Shown here one piece after another: positions 9,293-18,812 of a stretch of DNA of 64,000 nucleotides. The position numbers and the translations under genes were made by a program. The stretch spans positions 32,001-96,000 of IMG/VR virus record IMGVR_UViG_2933348407_000001. One strand, 5' to 3'. Numbering within the stretch: position 1 is the first letter of the stretch; each line of letters opens with the position of its first letter. The notes beneath the pieces were generated by a model. The model made no database searches. It was not told the origin of the DNA and saw only the letters and a list, made by a program, of their open reading frames with translations. The DNA comes from a virus. Lineage: Duplodnaviria > Caudoviricetes.

Positions 9293-10195
9293 GTGTTCAT
9301 CGACATCCCGAGCGAACTCGAAGCCGACCTGATCGACCTTCCTCTCCCGAAATGGGAACTGGACGGTTCGTTCCTGGCGCAGTCCACCATGGAGCGGTAC
9401 CGGACCGACCTGACGGCCACCCCGCGGTTCGAGGAGACCGCCACGACGCTGCGCCACGCGCTGAGCGGGGAGGGCGGCGGATACGCCGTGCTGCGCCTGG
9501 GGAACCTCGCCAAGGCGCTGGGGACCGACGACAACAGGTTCCTGCGGCTGGCGACGGCGTTCGCCGCCGAGGTGGCCATCCCCTTCTCGCCCTTCCCGCG
9601 GTGGCCCCTGTGGAAGGACATCGGGGTCAAGGTCGACAAGGACCCCGGCAAGTCCAGCGGTATCGGTTACAACGCGTTCCACATGGACCTGGTGAACGGG
9701 ACCCTGCCCCCGGACTACACCACGCTCCTGTGCGTTCGCCCCGACCCGCTCGGCGGTGGCCTCAGCATCCTCTCCGACGCCCACGCAGCGGCGGCGCGGC
9801 TGTCGGAGGCCAGCCGTGCCCTGCTGGCCGAGTCCGCCTACCACTACGGGACTTTCTTCGACCTGTTCGGCGTGGGCGAGGAGTACAAGCCCTTCCCGAT
9901 CCTGGACGGCTCCGAGCCAGGCGAGGGGTTCGTCCGGTTCACCGCCAAGATGCTGGAGCGGTCCCAGCTCGGCCAAGCCCACGCCGACGCCGCCCGGGAA
10001 CTCGCTGAGGAGCTTGTCCGGGGCCAGGTCTCCTTCATGCTCCAGCCCGGGGACTACCTCATCGTGAACCAGCGCCGCTTCCTGCACGGCCGGGAGGCGC
10101 TCCACAGCGGTCAGGAGACCGTCCCGGTCGCCGACCGGCGGCTGCTCCTCCAGTTGTTCCTGCGCGCGGGGGCCGGCGACGGCTCGGCCGCATAG
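9293..10195 (+). CDS. TauD/TfdA-family Fe(II)/2-oxoglutarate dioxygenase
   Basis: FHMD (HxD), PDYTTLLCVR and LQPGDYLIVNQRRFLHGR distal His motif. Confidence 0.85.
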   Translation: MFIDIPSELEADLIDLPLPKWELDGSFLAQSTMERYRTDLTATPRFEETATTLRHALSGEGGGYAVLRLGNLAKALGTDDNRFLRLATAFAAEVAIPFSPFPRWPLWKDIGVKVDKDPGKSSGIGYNAFHMDLVNGTLPPDYTTLLCVRPDPLGGGLSILSDAHAAAARLSEASRALLAESAYHYGTFFDLFGVGEEYKPFPILDGSEPGEGFVRFTAKMLERSQLGQAHADAARELAEELVRGQVSFMLQPGDYLIVNQRRFLHGREALHSGQETVPVADRRLLLQLFLRAGAGDGSAA

Positions 10196-10334
10196 CCGGC
10201 CGACGGCACCGGTGACCCACCGAGTCTCGCCGCCGGGTCCAGCCCCCGAGCACGCGGCACGGCCACGGGGCGGGGCCCGGTCGGGCACCCCCGGAAACCG
10301 TCGCGCACCGGGCTCCCCAGGCCCGTGCACGGAT

Positions 10335-11108
10335 TTAGATGCGCGAGTTGCTCAGCGACTGCCATACAGCGCCGGCCAGCGCCCGCGTCGCCCGCGGGAC
10401 CGACAGGCGCTCGTGCCGGCGGTACAGGGCCCAGTTGTATTGCACGAGCGACAGCTTGTTGGAGGACAGCGATCCCGCCTGGTGGGCCCTGTACACCGCA
10501 AGGGGCTCAGCCAGGCCCCGGGCGTCGGCACCGTCCCGCATGATCGACAGCCACAGGGCGTAGTCCTGGCGCTTGCGCATCTCCGGCATCAGCCTCGTGC
10601 CCAGGACATTGCGGTCGTACATGGCGGTGAGAGCACCGATGTGGTCTCGGACCAGCATCGCGCGGTAGTCCACGTGCTCCCGCGCACGGACCACCCGCCC
10701 GTTCGGGACCCAGTCGGTGCTCTCGCCGTCGTAGTCGGCATCCATCTTGAAGTACGAGGTGAACGTCAGCGGCGCATCACCTTCCGCGGCGAAGGCGAGC
10801 TGCTTCTCGGTCTTCTCCGGAAGCCACATGTCGTCGGAGTCGAGAAAGGCGATGTAGTCCCCGCGGGCCCGCGCAATCGCCAGGTTGCGGGCCCGGCCCG
10901 CACCGCCCCGTTCGGGTGCCGACTCCGGCAGAACGCGCTCGTCCTGCTCGGCGAACTCGCGGAGCAGGTCCATGGAGCCATCGGAGGACTGGTCGTCGGT
11001 GACCAGCAGCTCCAGGTCGCTGTGGGTCTGCGTGAGCACCGATCGGACGGCTGCGCCGAGGGTGGCTGCCGAGTTGTACACGGGCATCACGACGGACACC
11101 AAGGGCAC
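10335..11108 (-). CDS. family 2 glycosyltransferase (TuaG-like)
   Basis: PLVSVVMPVYN, ARNLAI, YIAFLDSDD and QDYALWL; AAGGAG RBS before GTG 11108. Confidence 0.9.
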   Translation of the reverse strand: MPLVSVVMPVYNSAATLGAAVRSVLTQTHSDLELLVTDDQSSDGSMDLLREFAEQDERVLPESAPERGGAGRARNLAIARARGDYIAFLDSDDMWLPEKTEKQLAFAAEGDAPLTFTSYFKMDADYDGESTDWVPNGRVVRAREHVDYRAMLVRDHIGALTAMYDRNVLGTRLMPEMRKRQDYALWLSIMRDGADARGLAEPLAVYRAHQAGSLSSNKLSLVQYNWALYRRHERLSVPRATRALAGAVWQSLSNSRI

Positions 11109-11174
11109 AGCGCTTCTCCTTACCAGATCAGGAACGACGGTCCATTCAAGCACCGCATCCGAGTAGGAGCTGCC

Positions 11175-12425
11175 ATGCAGGTTGTTGTCGCTGGTCAGGG
11201 CTACGTAGGGCTTCCCCTGGCCGTACGCGCGGCCGAGGTGGGACACCGTGTCGTCGGCTACGACGTGGATACGGACCGTGTCCAGCAGCTCGCCGCTGGC
11301 CAGTCCTACGTGCGGGATGTGGACCCCTCGCGGCTGCGCGCAGTGCTGGACTCCGGGGCCTACTCCGCGACCGCCGACGGTGCCGCGCTGGCCGGCTTCG
11401 ACATCGCGGTGATCACCGTGCCGACCCCGCTGCGGGACGGCGTGCCCGACCTGACCTACATCGAGTCCTGCGCCCGGACACTGGGTGAGCTCCTGTGCCC
11501 TGGCGCGACGGTGGTCCTGGAGTCCACGAGCTATCCCGGCACCACCGAGGAGCTGCTGCTGCCGATCTTGGAAGAGACCTCGGGCCTCAAGGGCGGGGCG
11601 GACTTCCTGGCCGGCTTCAGCCCCGAGCGGATCGGAAACAAGCGGTGGTCATTCGACGGGACGCCGAAGCTGGTGTCCGGAATCGACGCCAAATCGCTCG
11701 ACGTGATCAAGGGCTTCTACGACGGCATCTTCGACACCACGGTGCCGGTGTCAGGGCCGAAGGTCGCCGAGCTGGCCAAGCTGCTGGAGAACACCTTCCG
11801 GTTCGTCAACATCTCCATGATCAACGAGATGGCGATGCTGGCCGATGCCCTCGGCGTGAACATCTGGGAGGCGATCGACGCCGCCGCGACCAAGCCATTC
11901 GGATTCACGAAGTTCACCCCGGGGCCGGGGGTCGGCGGGCACTGTCTGCCCGTCGACCCGATGTTCCTGTCGTGGAAGGCGCAGCAGGAGCTTGGCATCC
12001 CGTTCCGGTTCGCGGAACTCGCCGCCGACGTGAACCGGCACATGCCCGACTACGTCGTCCGGCGCCTCGTGGAAGCACTCAACAAGCGGGGCATGCCGGT
12101 CAGCGGATCTCGGATTCTGCTGCTCGGCCTGACCTACAAGTTCAACGCCACCGACCTTCGCAATTCCCCGTCGGCACGTGTCGCCGAACTTCTCATCGGC
12201 CTCGGCGCCGATGTCTGCGGCGCCGAACCCAACATCCCGGACGGCGACGACACCGGGCTGAACGTGGCCCGGGTCCATGCCACCCCGGAAGAGGTGGCCG
12301 CCGCTGATGCGGTGGTTCTTCTCATGGATCATCCGCGATTCGACCTCGCGATGATCGAGGAGCACGCGCCGTACGTGCTCGACTGCCGAAACCGTCTGTC
12401 CGGAGCGAACGTCGAGACCCTGTAG
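11175..12425 (+). CDS. nucleotide-sugar (UDP-GlcNAc/UDP-glucose-type) dehydrogenase
   Basis: GQGYVG Rossmann motif, VPTP, ESTSYPGTT, KLLENTFR, catalytic GGHCLP and DLRNSP. Confidence 0.9.
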   Translation: MQVVVAGQGYVGLPLAVRAAEVGHRVVGYDVDTDRVQQLAAGQSYVRDVDPSRLRAVLDSGAYSATADGAALAGFDIAVITVPTPLRDGVPDLTYIESCARTLGELLCPGATVVLESTSYPGTTEELLLPILEETSGLKGGADFLAGFSPERIGNKRWSFDGTPKLVSGIDAKSLDVIKGFYDGIFDTTVPVSGPKVAELAKLLENTFRFVNISMINEMAMLADALGVNIWEAIDAAATKPFGFTKFTPGPGVGGHCLPVDPMFLSWKAQQELGIPFRFAELAADVNRHMPDYVVRRLVEALNKRGMPVSGSRILLLGLTYKFNATDLRNSPSARVAELLIGLGADVCGAEPNIPDGDDTGLNVARVHATPEEVAAADAVVLLMDHPRFDLAMIEEHAPYVLDCRNRLSGANVETL

Positions 12426-12473
12426 CTCCCGAACTCCCCTGGCCTGCTGCTGACTTCAACCCCCGGAGTTCCC

Positions 12474-13859
12474 TTGCGTGAAGAATGGGAGCACGTGCAC
12501 ACGGACTACGCCCGGCCCGCGCAGCGCCCCGCTCCTGCCTCGTTGGCCGAGAGCGAGGGCGACTGGCGCCGCTACCTGGAAGGTGACACCCCGAACGGTT
12601 GGCTGATCCAGCACAGCGCGATGGCGGAAGCACTCGCCAGCGGCCGACCCATGTACCTGCTGCACACCACCAAGGACATCGCCGCGATCCGCACCAGCGG
12701 TGAGCTGCACGTCTCCACCGGGTGCCTGGTCGGGGCCCTGTATTGCTCCCCTCTGGTACGTCAGCGTGAAGGAATGCGTCCGCACAATCTCGGCGCCTAC
12801 CTGATGCAGACGAAGCCCGACACCACGCCCATGATCTTCGAGGTCATCCCGGACGCTCCGGTCCCAACCAAGGGTGTGGATTATCTGCATCTCGGTGCCA
12901 TCCACCTGCGTACCTACCTGCGCTACCGGAGCTTTCTCACCCGGGCCGAGAACGACCGGCTCGACCATGCCGTGCTGGCCGGACTGGGCGCCGCGGCCGG
13001 ATTTCTCGACATGGCCCTGCGCAACGCAGTCGGCCGCGCCACGGCGGCCCCCGAGTTCATCGACCAGTTGGCCGCTGCTGTGCCCGCCGTACCGTTTCTC
13101 GGCTACCTGTACTTCGAGGTCTTGTCCGAGTACCTGATGCTCCACTCCAGGACTCCGGAGACCAAGGGCTACGCCCAGGTCGGAGAGCTGAACAACTGGC
13201 TGTACAAGCGACTCGCGTTCGCCGCCGTGGATGGCATGCACCAGTTGTTCGACCTGGCTCGCTTCCATCCGCGCCACCAGCAGCTCGTCCAGCTCATCGC
13301 CGGCGTGGAACAGGCACTCGCTCCGGGAGCCGCCGACTACGTACGGCGGCGGCTGTCCCACCTGTTCGCCCGGATCGCGCTGCACCCGTCCCAGGACGCG
13401 GCCACGGTGACCTTCCGGGGCATTGATCTCAGCGCGCTCCGGTACGTCGCGCCGGGACTGATCGGGCAGATGATCTTTCGCGAGATCCGGTACATGCCGC
13501 GCTATCGGCAGCTCTACCACTGCTTCGAGAAGGCCAAGGCGCTGGAGGCTTGGGACTACTGGAACCACGAGGGCATCCCCACGCCGTTCAACGGCATCCT
13601 CCCCAAGGGCGAGATCGGGATACACCCCGTCTACCCTCGGTCGGCCGTCAGGGGGTGGACGGCAAAGCAGGACAGCAGAGGCTTCCTGCATCCAGCCGAG
13701 GAGATCACCGCGGTCCTCACGCCGCACCTGGCGTCGTGGTGGGCGCCCCCTCGCAGCCACGGACGGATGATCACCACTGATCCGCAGGTCACAGTGGACT
13801 GTAGTGCCCCGTCCTCGGTTCCCGCCCACCGATCATCCATTGAGGGGATCTCCGCGTGA
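12474..13859 (+). CDS. hypothetical protein, possible N-terminal ADP-ribosyltransferase-like fold
   Basis: Long ORF with high GC at third codon positions, coupled to GT4; YLLHTT....I..SG.L...G...GALY resembles H-type ART motifs (weak). Confidence 0.6.
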   Translation: MREEWEHVHTDYARPAQRPAPASLAESEGDWRRYLEGDTPNGWLIQHSAMAEALASGRPMYLLHTTKDIAAIRTSGELHVSTGCLVGALYCSPLVRQREGMRPHNLGAYLMQTKPDTTPMIFEVIPDAPVPTKGVDYLHLGAIHLRTYLRYRSFLTRAENDRLDHAVLAGLGAAAGFLDMALRNAVGRATAAPEFIDQLAAAVPAVPFLGYLYFEVLSEYLMLHSRTPETKGYAQVGELNNWLYKRLAFAAVDGMHQLFDLARFHPRHQQLVQLIAGVEQALAPGAADYVRRRLSHLFARIALHPSQDAATVTFRGIDLSALRYVAPGLIGQMIFREIRYMPRYRQLYHCFEKAKALEAWDYWNHEGIPTPFNGILPKGEIGIHPVYPRSAVRGWTAKQDSRGFLHPAEEITAVLTPHLASWWAPPRSHGRMITTDPQVTVDCSAPSSVPAHRSSIEGISA

Positions 13860-15037
13860 CCACGAAACCCTTGACGATCCTCACCGGCATCAACCGCACG
13901 TCCGAGCCTTCGTCCGGCAGCATGATCCTCGTCAGCGACCTCTACCGCGCTATGCCCGACACGCATACGACCTTCCTCGGCCGGACACCGGTCCATCAGG
14001 GTTGGAAGACCGCGTTCGATCAGCTGATCCCCCTCTCCACGACGAAACGACCCCAGGGCCCCGGCTTCGACACCTACGTGGACGAGCTGACTCAAGAGGT
14101 AGGGACGCTCATCGGGCAGATCCAACCGACCGCCATCCACGCCCAGAACGTCGGGTTCGCCCTCAGCCTCGCGTTCAGTCGCACCGCCGGCACCATCCCG
14201 ATCATCTCCATCGCTCACGGCCCCGAAGTGATGGCGGCCGAGCGCAACACGGCGGAACACGAGGCCGTGCTCGAAGTCGTCGGCGCCAGCGCCGCGATCG
14301 TCACCCCGACCTCCGTCCTCGCCGACCGCATCGACCACCTCACCGGGCGCCGGTTCACCGACCGCATCGCCATCATCCCGTGGGGCATCCGTCTGGCCGA
14401 TGCCCATGTACGCGATCAGCCTTCCGCAGGGACCGGACCCCTGTCTCTGGTACAAGCCGGTCGCCTGGACGACAACAAATCCACAATCACCGCCATCGAA
14501 TCCCTCGCATTCACCGATCAGCCGCACCAATTGACCGTGATCGGCAACGGACCCCTACGGGAGCATCTGGAACAGCGGGCTATCGACCTCGGCCTGCGGG
14601 ATCGGGTCCACTTTCATCCGTTCCTGCCCCGCGCCGAACTGTGGCGCCGCCTGCCGAACTTCGACGCCTGGGTCTTCACAACCACGGGTCTGGAGGCTTT
14701 CGGGCTCGTCCTCATTGAGGCTCAAGCCCACGGACTCCCGGTTGTCTACTCCGATCTTCCCGGAGTGAGGGAAATCCTCGGAGGCACTGGCATCGCCTAC
14801 ACTCCGGGCGACCCGCGCTCGCTGGCTGTGGCCCTAGACGAGATGGGCCGGGACTCCCACCAGCGCCGGGCCCTGAACAAGGCGGCTCTCGATAACGCGC
14901 GCCGATACGACATCACTACCACCGGCCGCCAACTTCGCGAACTGACGCTCCGCATTACCTCCCTACGGGGCACATCGGTGGGGCCCGTGCACCAAGGGCC
15001 CCACCGATGTTGGGGTGTAACAGAACGCGGTCGTTGA
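13856..15037 (+). CDS. family 4 glycosyltransferase (GT-B)
   Basis: GRL...K, EAFGLVLIEAQAHGLPVV and GVREI. Confidence 0.9.
   Translation: MTTKPLTILTGINRTSEPSSGSMILVSDLYRAMPDTHTTFLGRTPVHQGWKTAFDQLIPLSTTKRPQGPGFDTYVDELTQEVGTLIGQIQPTAIHAQNVGFALSLAFSRTAGTIPIISIAHGPEVMAAERNTAEHEAVLEVVGASAAIVTPTSVLADRIDHLTGRRFTDRIAIIPWGIRLADAHVRDQPSAGTGPLSLVQAGRLDDNKSTITAIESLAFTDQPHQLTVIGNGPLREHLEQRAIDLGLRDRVHFHPFLPRAELWRRLPNFDAWVFTTTGLEAFGLVLIEAQAHGLPVVYSDLPGVREILGGTGIAYTPGDPRSLAVALDEMGRDSHQRRALNKAALDNARRYDITTTGRQLRELTLRITSLRGTSVGPVHQGPHRCWGVTERGR
14972..15010. terminator. perfect 15-bp inverted repeat at the end of the cargo operon
   Basis: ACATCGGTGGGGCCC-N9-GGGCCCCACCGATGT. Confidence 0.55.
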
Positions 15038-15096
15038 CGTTCCTGCTGTGAAGGGGATTGCGCTTTACGTCAACCCCGCATTGATCCGGAGGAACG

Positions 15097-15606
15097 GTGA
15101 CGACCGCTATAGCTGCCCTTTCGTCCACGCCCGGCAGGTCGCACCTGCAGGAGTCTCTGTTCTCCTGGCTCGCCCCGGAGAGCACTCCGCCCCTGCCCGA
15201 GACCAAAGCCCTGGTGGAGTCCGACCCCGAAGGCCCGCCCGAGCCCCCCGCCGAGGAGGAGAAGGCCGACCTCTCCCACGTCTGGGTTGTGGCCGCGGAG
15301 ATCGAGGTCATCCCGAAGATTGCGAAGGTGGCCGACTACCGCGGCAGCTTCAAGGCGACCGAGGGCCAGCGCATCGACGCGCTCGAGGTCTACTGCAAGG
15401 GATGCCGGCGCCCGTACGACGAGGTCACCGGCCAGGACTGCTCAGCGAAGATCGACAACCGGCACTTGATCGGCGGAGACCAGAGCACCCGGGCTAAGCG
15501 GAAGATTCCCGTCCCGCCCCGGAACGCCCGGGTCGTGCCCGGCGGCCGTATCCAGCGCCGCGGTATCGAGGCTTACGTGGGAGGGGTGTCGCGGCCCCCG
15601 CGCTGA
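15097..15606 (+). CDS. hypothetical protein with CxxC motif
   Basis: GGAGG RBS, GTG start, YCKGC...C...H. Confidence 0.65.
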   Translation: MTTAIAALSSTPGRSHLQESLFSWLAPESTPPLPETKALVESDPEGPPEPPAEEEKADLSHVWVVAAEIEVIPKIAKVADYRGSFKATEGQRIDALEVYCKGCRRPYDEVTGQDCSAKIDNRHLIGGDQSTRAKRKIPVPPRNARVVPGGRIQRRGIEAYVGGVSRPPR

Positions 15607-15609
15607 CCA

Positions 15610-15640
15610 CGCGACACTAACTCCGCCCGCTGTCCACTGT
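15610..15640 (+). promoter_or_regulatory. putative late-promoter motif (leaderless)
   Basis: CGCGACACTAAC-N13-CACTGT-N7-GTG. Confidence 0.65.
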
Positions 15641-15647
15641 GCGCGGC

Positions 15648-16001
15648 GTGACTACTCAGCGAACCTCCTGGGCGCTCGCGCGTGAAGCCGCCGGCCTGTT
15701 CCTCACCGCGTTCGGCCTGCTCGGCGTCCTCGTGGCGTTGGGCGCACTCCACTGGGCCGCCGGACTTTCCGCCGCGATGGCCGGTCTCCTCGCCACGGGC
15801 CTGTTCATGCGCCCGAAGCCGACCGCAGCGCGCTGGGCGCACCTTGCCCGTGCCGCCGTCTGCATCCTCGGCTACGGCGGTCTCACCGGCTGCGCGTTCG
15901 CCCTCTGCACCCCCCTGGGCTGGATCGGCGTCGCCCTGGCGGTCGTGCTCCTCGGCCTGTGGCTCACCACCCGTGAGCACGAGGACGAGGGGGCCGCCTG
16001 A
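15648..16001 (+). CDS. small membrane protein upstream of the portal
   Basis: Three to four hydrophobic segments; TGATG coupling to the portal gene. Confidence 0.7.
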   Translation: MTTQRTSWALAREAAGLFLTAFGLLGVLVALGALHWAAGLSAAMAGLLATGLFMRPKPTAARWAHLARAAVCILGYGGLTGCAFALCTPLGWIGVALAVVLLGLWLTTREHEDEGAA

Positions 16002-18463
16002 TGCCCCGCCAGTTCCTCCCGACGCTCCGGGGACTCCTCGTACCGCGCTTGGCTGCTCCCCCGCCCACACCGACCGCTGAGACCAAGGACCTGCTCGCGG
16101 GCAACGCCTACGTGTCGATGACGTACGCCGGCGTCACCAACGTGTGGGGCACGCCCGGCCGCGCGGACGGCTGGGACATGGAACGCGTCATCGTCGAGGG
16201 CTACGAGCGCTCCATCTGGACCTTCAAGTCCATCGAGGCGATCAGTAAGCACGCCAGCACCCTCCCGATCCAGATCGGCCGGGGCGGGGACGAACGGCGC
16301 TTCGAGGAGACCCTCGACGACCACCCGCTGCTGAAGCTGCTCAACAAGAAGGCCAATCCGCTCGAGACCGGCGATGTCTTCAAGAAGCGGCTGAGCGCAC
16401 AGCTCCTTCTGTCGAAGAAGGGCGTCTTCATCGAGAAGACCTACAGCCGCGGCGGCAACCTCGTACGCCTCGACCTGCTTCCGCCGGACCGCGTCCAGAT
16501 CATCCCGGACGACCGTAACGCCGACTACGTGAAGCACTTTGAGTTCACGGACTACAGCGGCCACGTCCGGGAGCTGCTGCCCAAGCACGTCATATGGATT
16601 CGCGACCCCCACCCTCTCGACCCTTTCTGTGGCGTCACCCCGCTCGAAGCGGCGGGCCTGTCCATCGACTTGGACGTCAAGGCCCGCACCTACAACATCA
16701 GTTTTATTGACAATGACGGCAGACCGGGCGGAATTGTCGGTATCGACCTGGAAGGAGTCGACCAGCGCGAAGTCGACCGCATCCAGAAGCGATTGGCGCC
16801 CGGCGCGCACAGCGCCGGCCAGCTCACCCTCGTTGGCACCGGGCCCGGCGGCGTCACCTACGTCGACACCTCCGCCCGCCCTCGCGAGATGGCCTACGAG
16901 ACGCTGTCCGGCACCTCTAAGGGCGAGATCCTGGCCGCGTTCGGTGTCCCCGAAAGCATCGTCGGCAACGCCTCTGAGCGGACCTACGCGAATGCTGACC
17001 GCGAGGAATACAACTTCTGGGACCACACGGAGCTGCCCCACCTCAACCTGATCGCCTCCGGGTTCGACCCGGACCTCGATGACGAGTGGATCGTCCGCTT
17101 CGACACTTCCAGTGTTCAGGCACTGGAGTTTCCCCGCCGCCAGGCCCGCGAGGAAGCCCGCAAGGAGTGGGAAGCCGGCCTCATCACGATCGACGAGTAC
17201 CGGGAGATCGCGGGGCGACCGGCATTCAACGTCCCACAGTCCCGGGCCCTTTGGATCTCTCCGCAGAAGGCCCCCGTACCCGCCAACGACCAGGACGCCG
17301 CCGCACTGGGCCTCGGCCCCGACCCGGCCGCGGGCGGAACACCCGGAGCGGTGCCCACCGGCGCCCCGCTCCCGCCGGGCACCGCTCCGGACACCGCGGC
17401 CGCCGACGTCGCCGCCGCCCGCGCTCTGGACGCTGGCCCGAGCGCCGCCGCGGATGTCGCCGCCGCACGAGCGCAGGGCACGCCCCTCGCCCTGCCCGCC
17501 GGTTCGACGGCTACCGACGCCGTCGCAGCGGCCCGCGCCGCCACTACCGACAGCGGCCCCGGCGACGCGGCCGCCGACGTCGACCGCGCCCGCAGCGCCC
17601 AGAACGCTGCACTCCCCGGCGACGCCGCCGAGGACGTCGACGCCGCACGCGCCACGGTCGAGACCAAGGCCCTGCCCGAGGACGACGGATACGAGGTCAC
17701 TGACGACGACTTCGACGCTCTGTCCATGGCCGTGGCCGCGGCCGTCACCGCGCTCCTCGCACGCCAGGAAGGCGTCATACTCGCCCGGCTACGCGCTCCG
17801 AAAATCCGCAAGTACACGCGGTACTGGGAGCCCGAGAACGACGACGACGTCCGGCACGTCGACGCCGACCTCGACCAGGACCGTGTTGTCAGCGCCGCCC
17901 GCTGGGCCGAGGAGACCAGCCAGACGCTGACCCCGATCCTCCAGCAGGCGGCCATCGCCACGGCACGCAAGGTCGGCCAGGCACTCACCGGCACCGACGA
18001 AGTCCCGCCGGCCGCGGCAGCGGCCGCCATCGTTACCGCGGCGTACGCCAGCGAGGCCATGACCACGTTCCTCCGTGAACTGGCCACCGCCCTGTTCGAC
18101 GCACAGCACGGAGTACCGACGATCAGCGACCTCGAGAACGCTGTCGCCTTCTTCTACCGCTCCGCGGCCCCCAGCCTGGTGGCACGACTAGCCGAAGCCT
18201 GCGCCGTGGCAACCATCAACGGCGCCGCAGACGCGGCCGCGGAGCACGCCGGCCCCGACGTCGTCCGGACCTGGATCACCCGCGGAGACACCCGCGTACG
18301 GCCCGCCCACAAGGCACTCCACGGCACGACGCTGCCCGTCGGCACCCCGTACACCGTCGACGGTGCCACCCTCCGCTACCCCGGCGACCCCTTCGCCCCC
18401 ATCGCCCTCACGATCAACTGCCGCTGCCGCCTGCACTACGCCACCGACAAGGAGCCCCAGTGA
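16001..18463 (+). CDS. phage portal protein fused to a C-terminal MuF-like minor head domain
   Basis: HPLLKLL..ANP, LLPPDRV, G.TPLEAA and ILAAFGVP portal motifs; C-terminal WITRGDTRVRPAH...LRYPGDP...INCRC MuF motif. Confidence 0.85.
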   Translation: MPRQFLPTLRGLLVPRLAAPPPTPTAETKDLLAGNAYVSMTYAGVTNVWGTPGRADGWDMERVIVEGYERSIWTFKSIEAISKHASTLPIQIGRGGDERRFEETLDDHPLLKLLNKKANPLETGDVFKKRLSAQLLLSKKGVFIEKTYSRGGNLVRLDLLPPDRVQIIPDDRNADYVKHFEFTDYSGHVRELLPKHVIWIRDPHPLDPFCGVTPLEAAGLSIDLDVKARTYNISFIDNDGRPGGIVGIDLEGVDQREVDRIQKRLAPGAHSAGQLTLVGTGPGGVTYVDTSARPREMAYETLSGTSKGEILAAFGVPESIVGNASERTYANADREEYNFWDHTELPHLNLIASGFDPDLDDEWIVRFDTSSVQALEFPRRQAREEARKEWEAGLITIDEYREIAGRPAFNVPQSRALWISPQKAPVPANDQDAAALGLGPDPAAGGTPGAVPTGAPLPPGTAPDTAAADVAAARALDAGPSAAADVAAARAQGTPLALPAGSTATDAVAAARAATTDSGPGDAAADVDRARSAQNAALPGDAAEDVDAARATVETKALPEDDGYEVTDDDFDALSMAVAAAVTALLARQEGVILARLRAPKIRKYTRYWEPENDDDVRHVDADLDQDRVVSAARWAEETSQTLTPILQQAAIATARKVGQALTGTDEVPPAAAAAAIVTAAYASEAMTTFLRELATALFDAQHGVPTISDLENAVAFFYRSAAPSLVARLAEACAVATINGAADAAAEHAGPDVVRTWITRGDTRVRPAHKALHGTTLPVGTPYTVDGATLRYPGDPFAPIALTINCRCRLHYATDKEPQ

Positions 18464-18705
18464 GACGCACAGCCAGCTTCATCCGACGGAACCTCAGCGC
18501 GTTTCTCTGGGGCGGCTGGGCGCTGTTCTTCGCGGTCTACGAGACGATCGCGCTGCTCACCAAGAAGGACGACGACACGCTGAGCGAGAACACGCGCAAG
18601 CTGTTCCGCATACGGAGCTCGAAGGCAGGACGCGCCGCGTTCACGGTCATCTTGGGCGGAGGCGCAGCGTGGTTCCTGCTGCACATCCTCACCGAGACGA
18701 TGTAA
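18460..18705 (+). CDS. small membrane protein
   Basis: GTGA overlap, AAGGAG RBS, two hydrophobic helices flanking DTLSE. Confidence 0.65.
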   Translation: MRRTASFIRRNLSAFLWGGWALFFAVYETIALLTKKDDDTLSENTRKLFRIRSSKAGRAAFTVILGGGAAWFLLHILTETM

Positions 18706-18722
18706 GCGCGGGCCCGAGGGCG

Positions 18723-18752
18723 GCTTGCACAATTGTGCAAGAACGATCTTGG
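18723..18752 (+). promoter_or_regulatory. 30-bp element with 18-bp palindrome, copy 1
   Basis: GCTTGCACAATTGTGCAAGAACGATCTTGG. Confidence 0.75.
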
Positions 18753-18774
18753 GCGCGGAGGGCCGCCCGCAGCG

Positions 18775-18805
18775 CGCGACGCTAACCACCCGCACTGTGC
18801 ATGGT
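18775..18805 (+). promoter_or_regulatory. putative late-promoter motif (leaderless)
   Basis: CGCGACGCTAAC-N13-CATGGT-N7-ATG(18813). Confidence 0.65.
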
Positions 18806-18812
18806 CCGCGCC

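Noticed and set aside
18723-18752. Chromosomal parS or dif site
   Set aside because: Does not match the Streptomyces parS consensus GTTTCACGTGAAAC or a dif layout; kept only as an unknown palindrome
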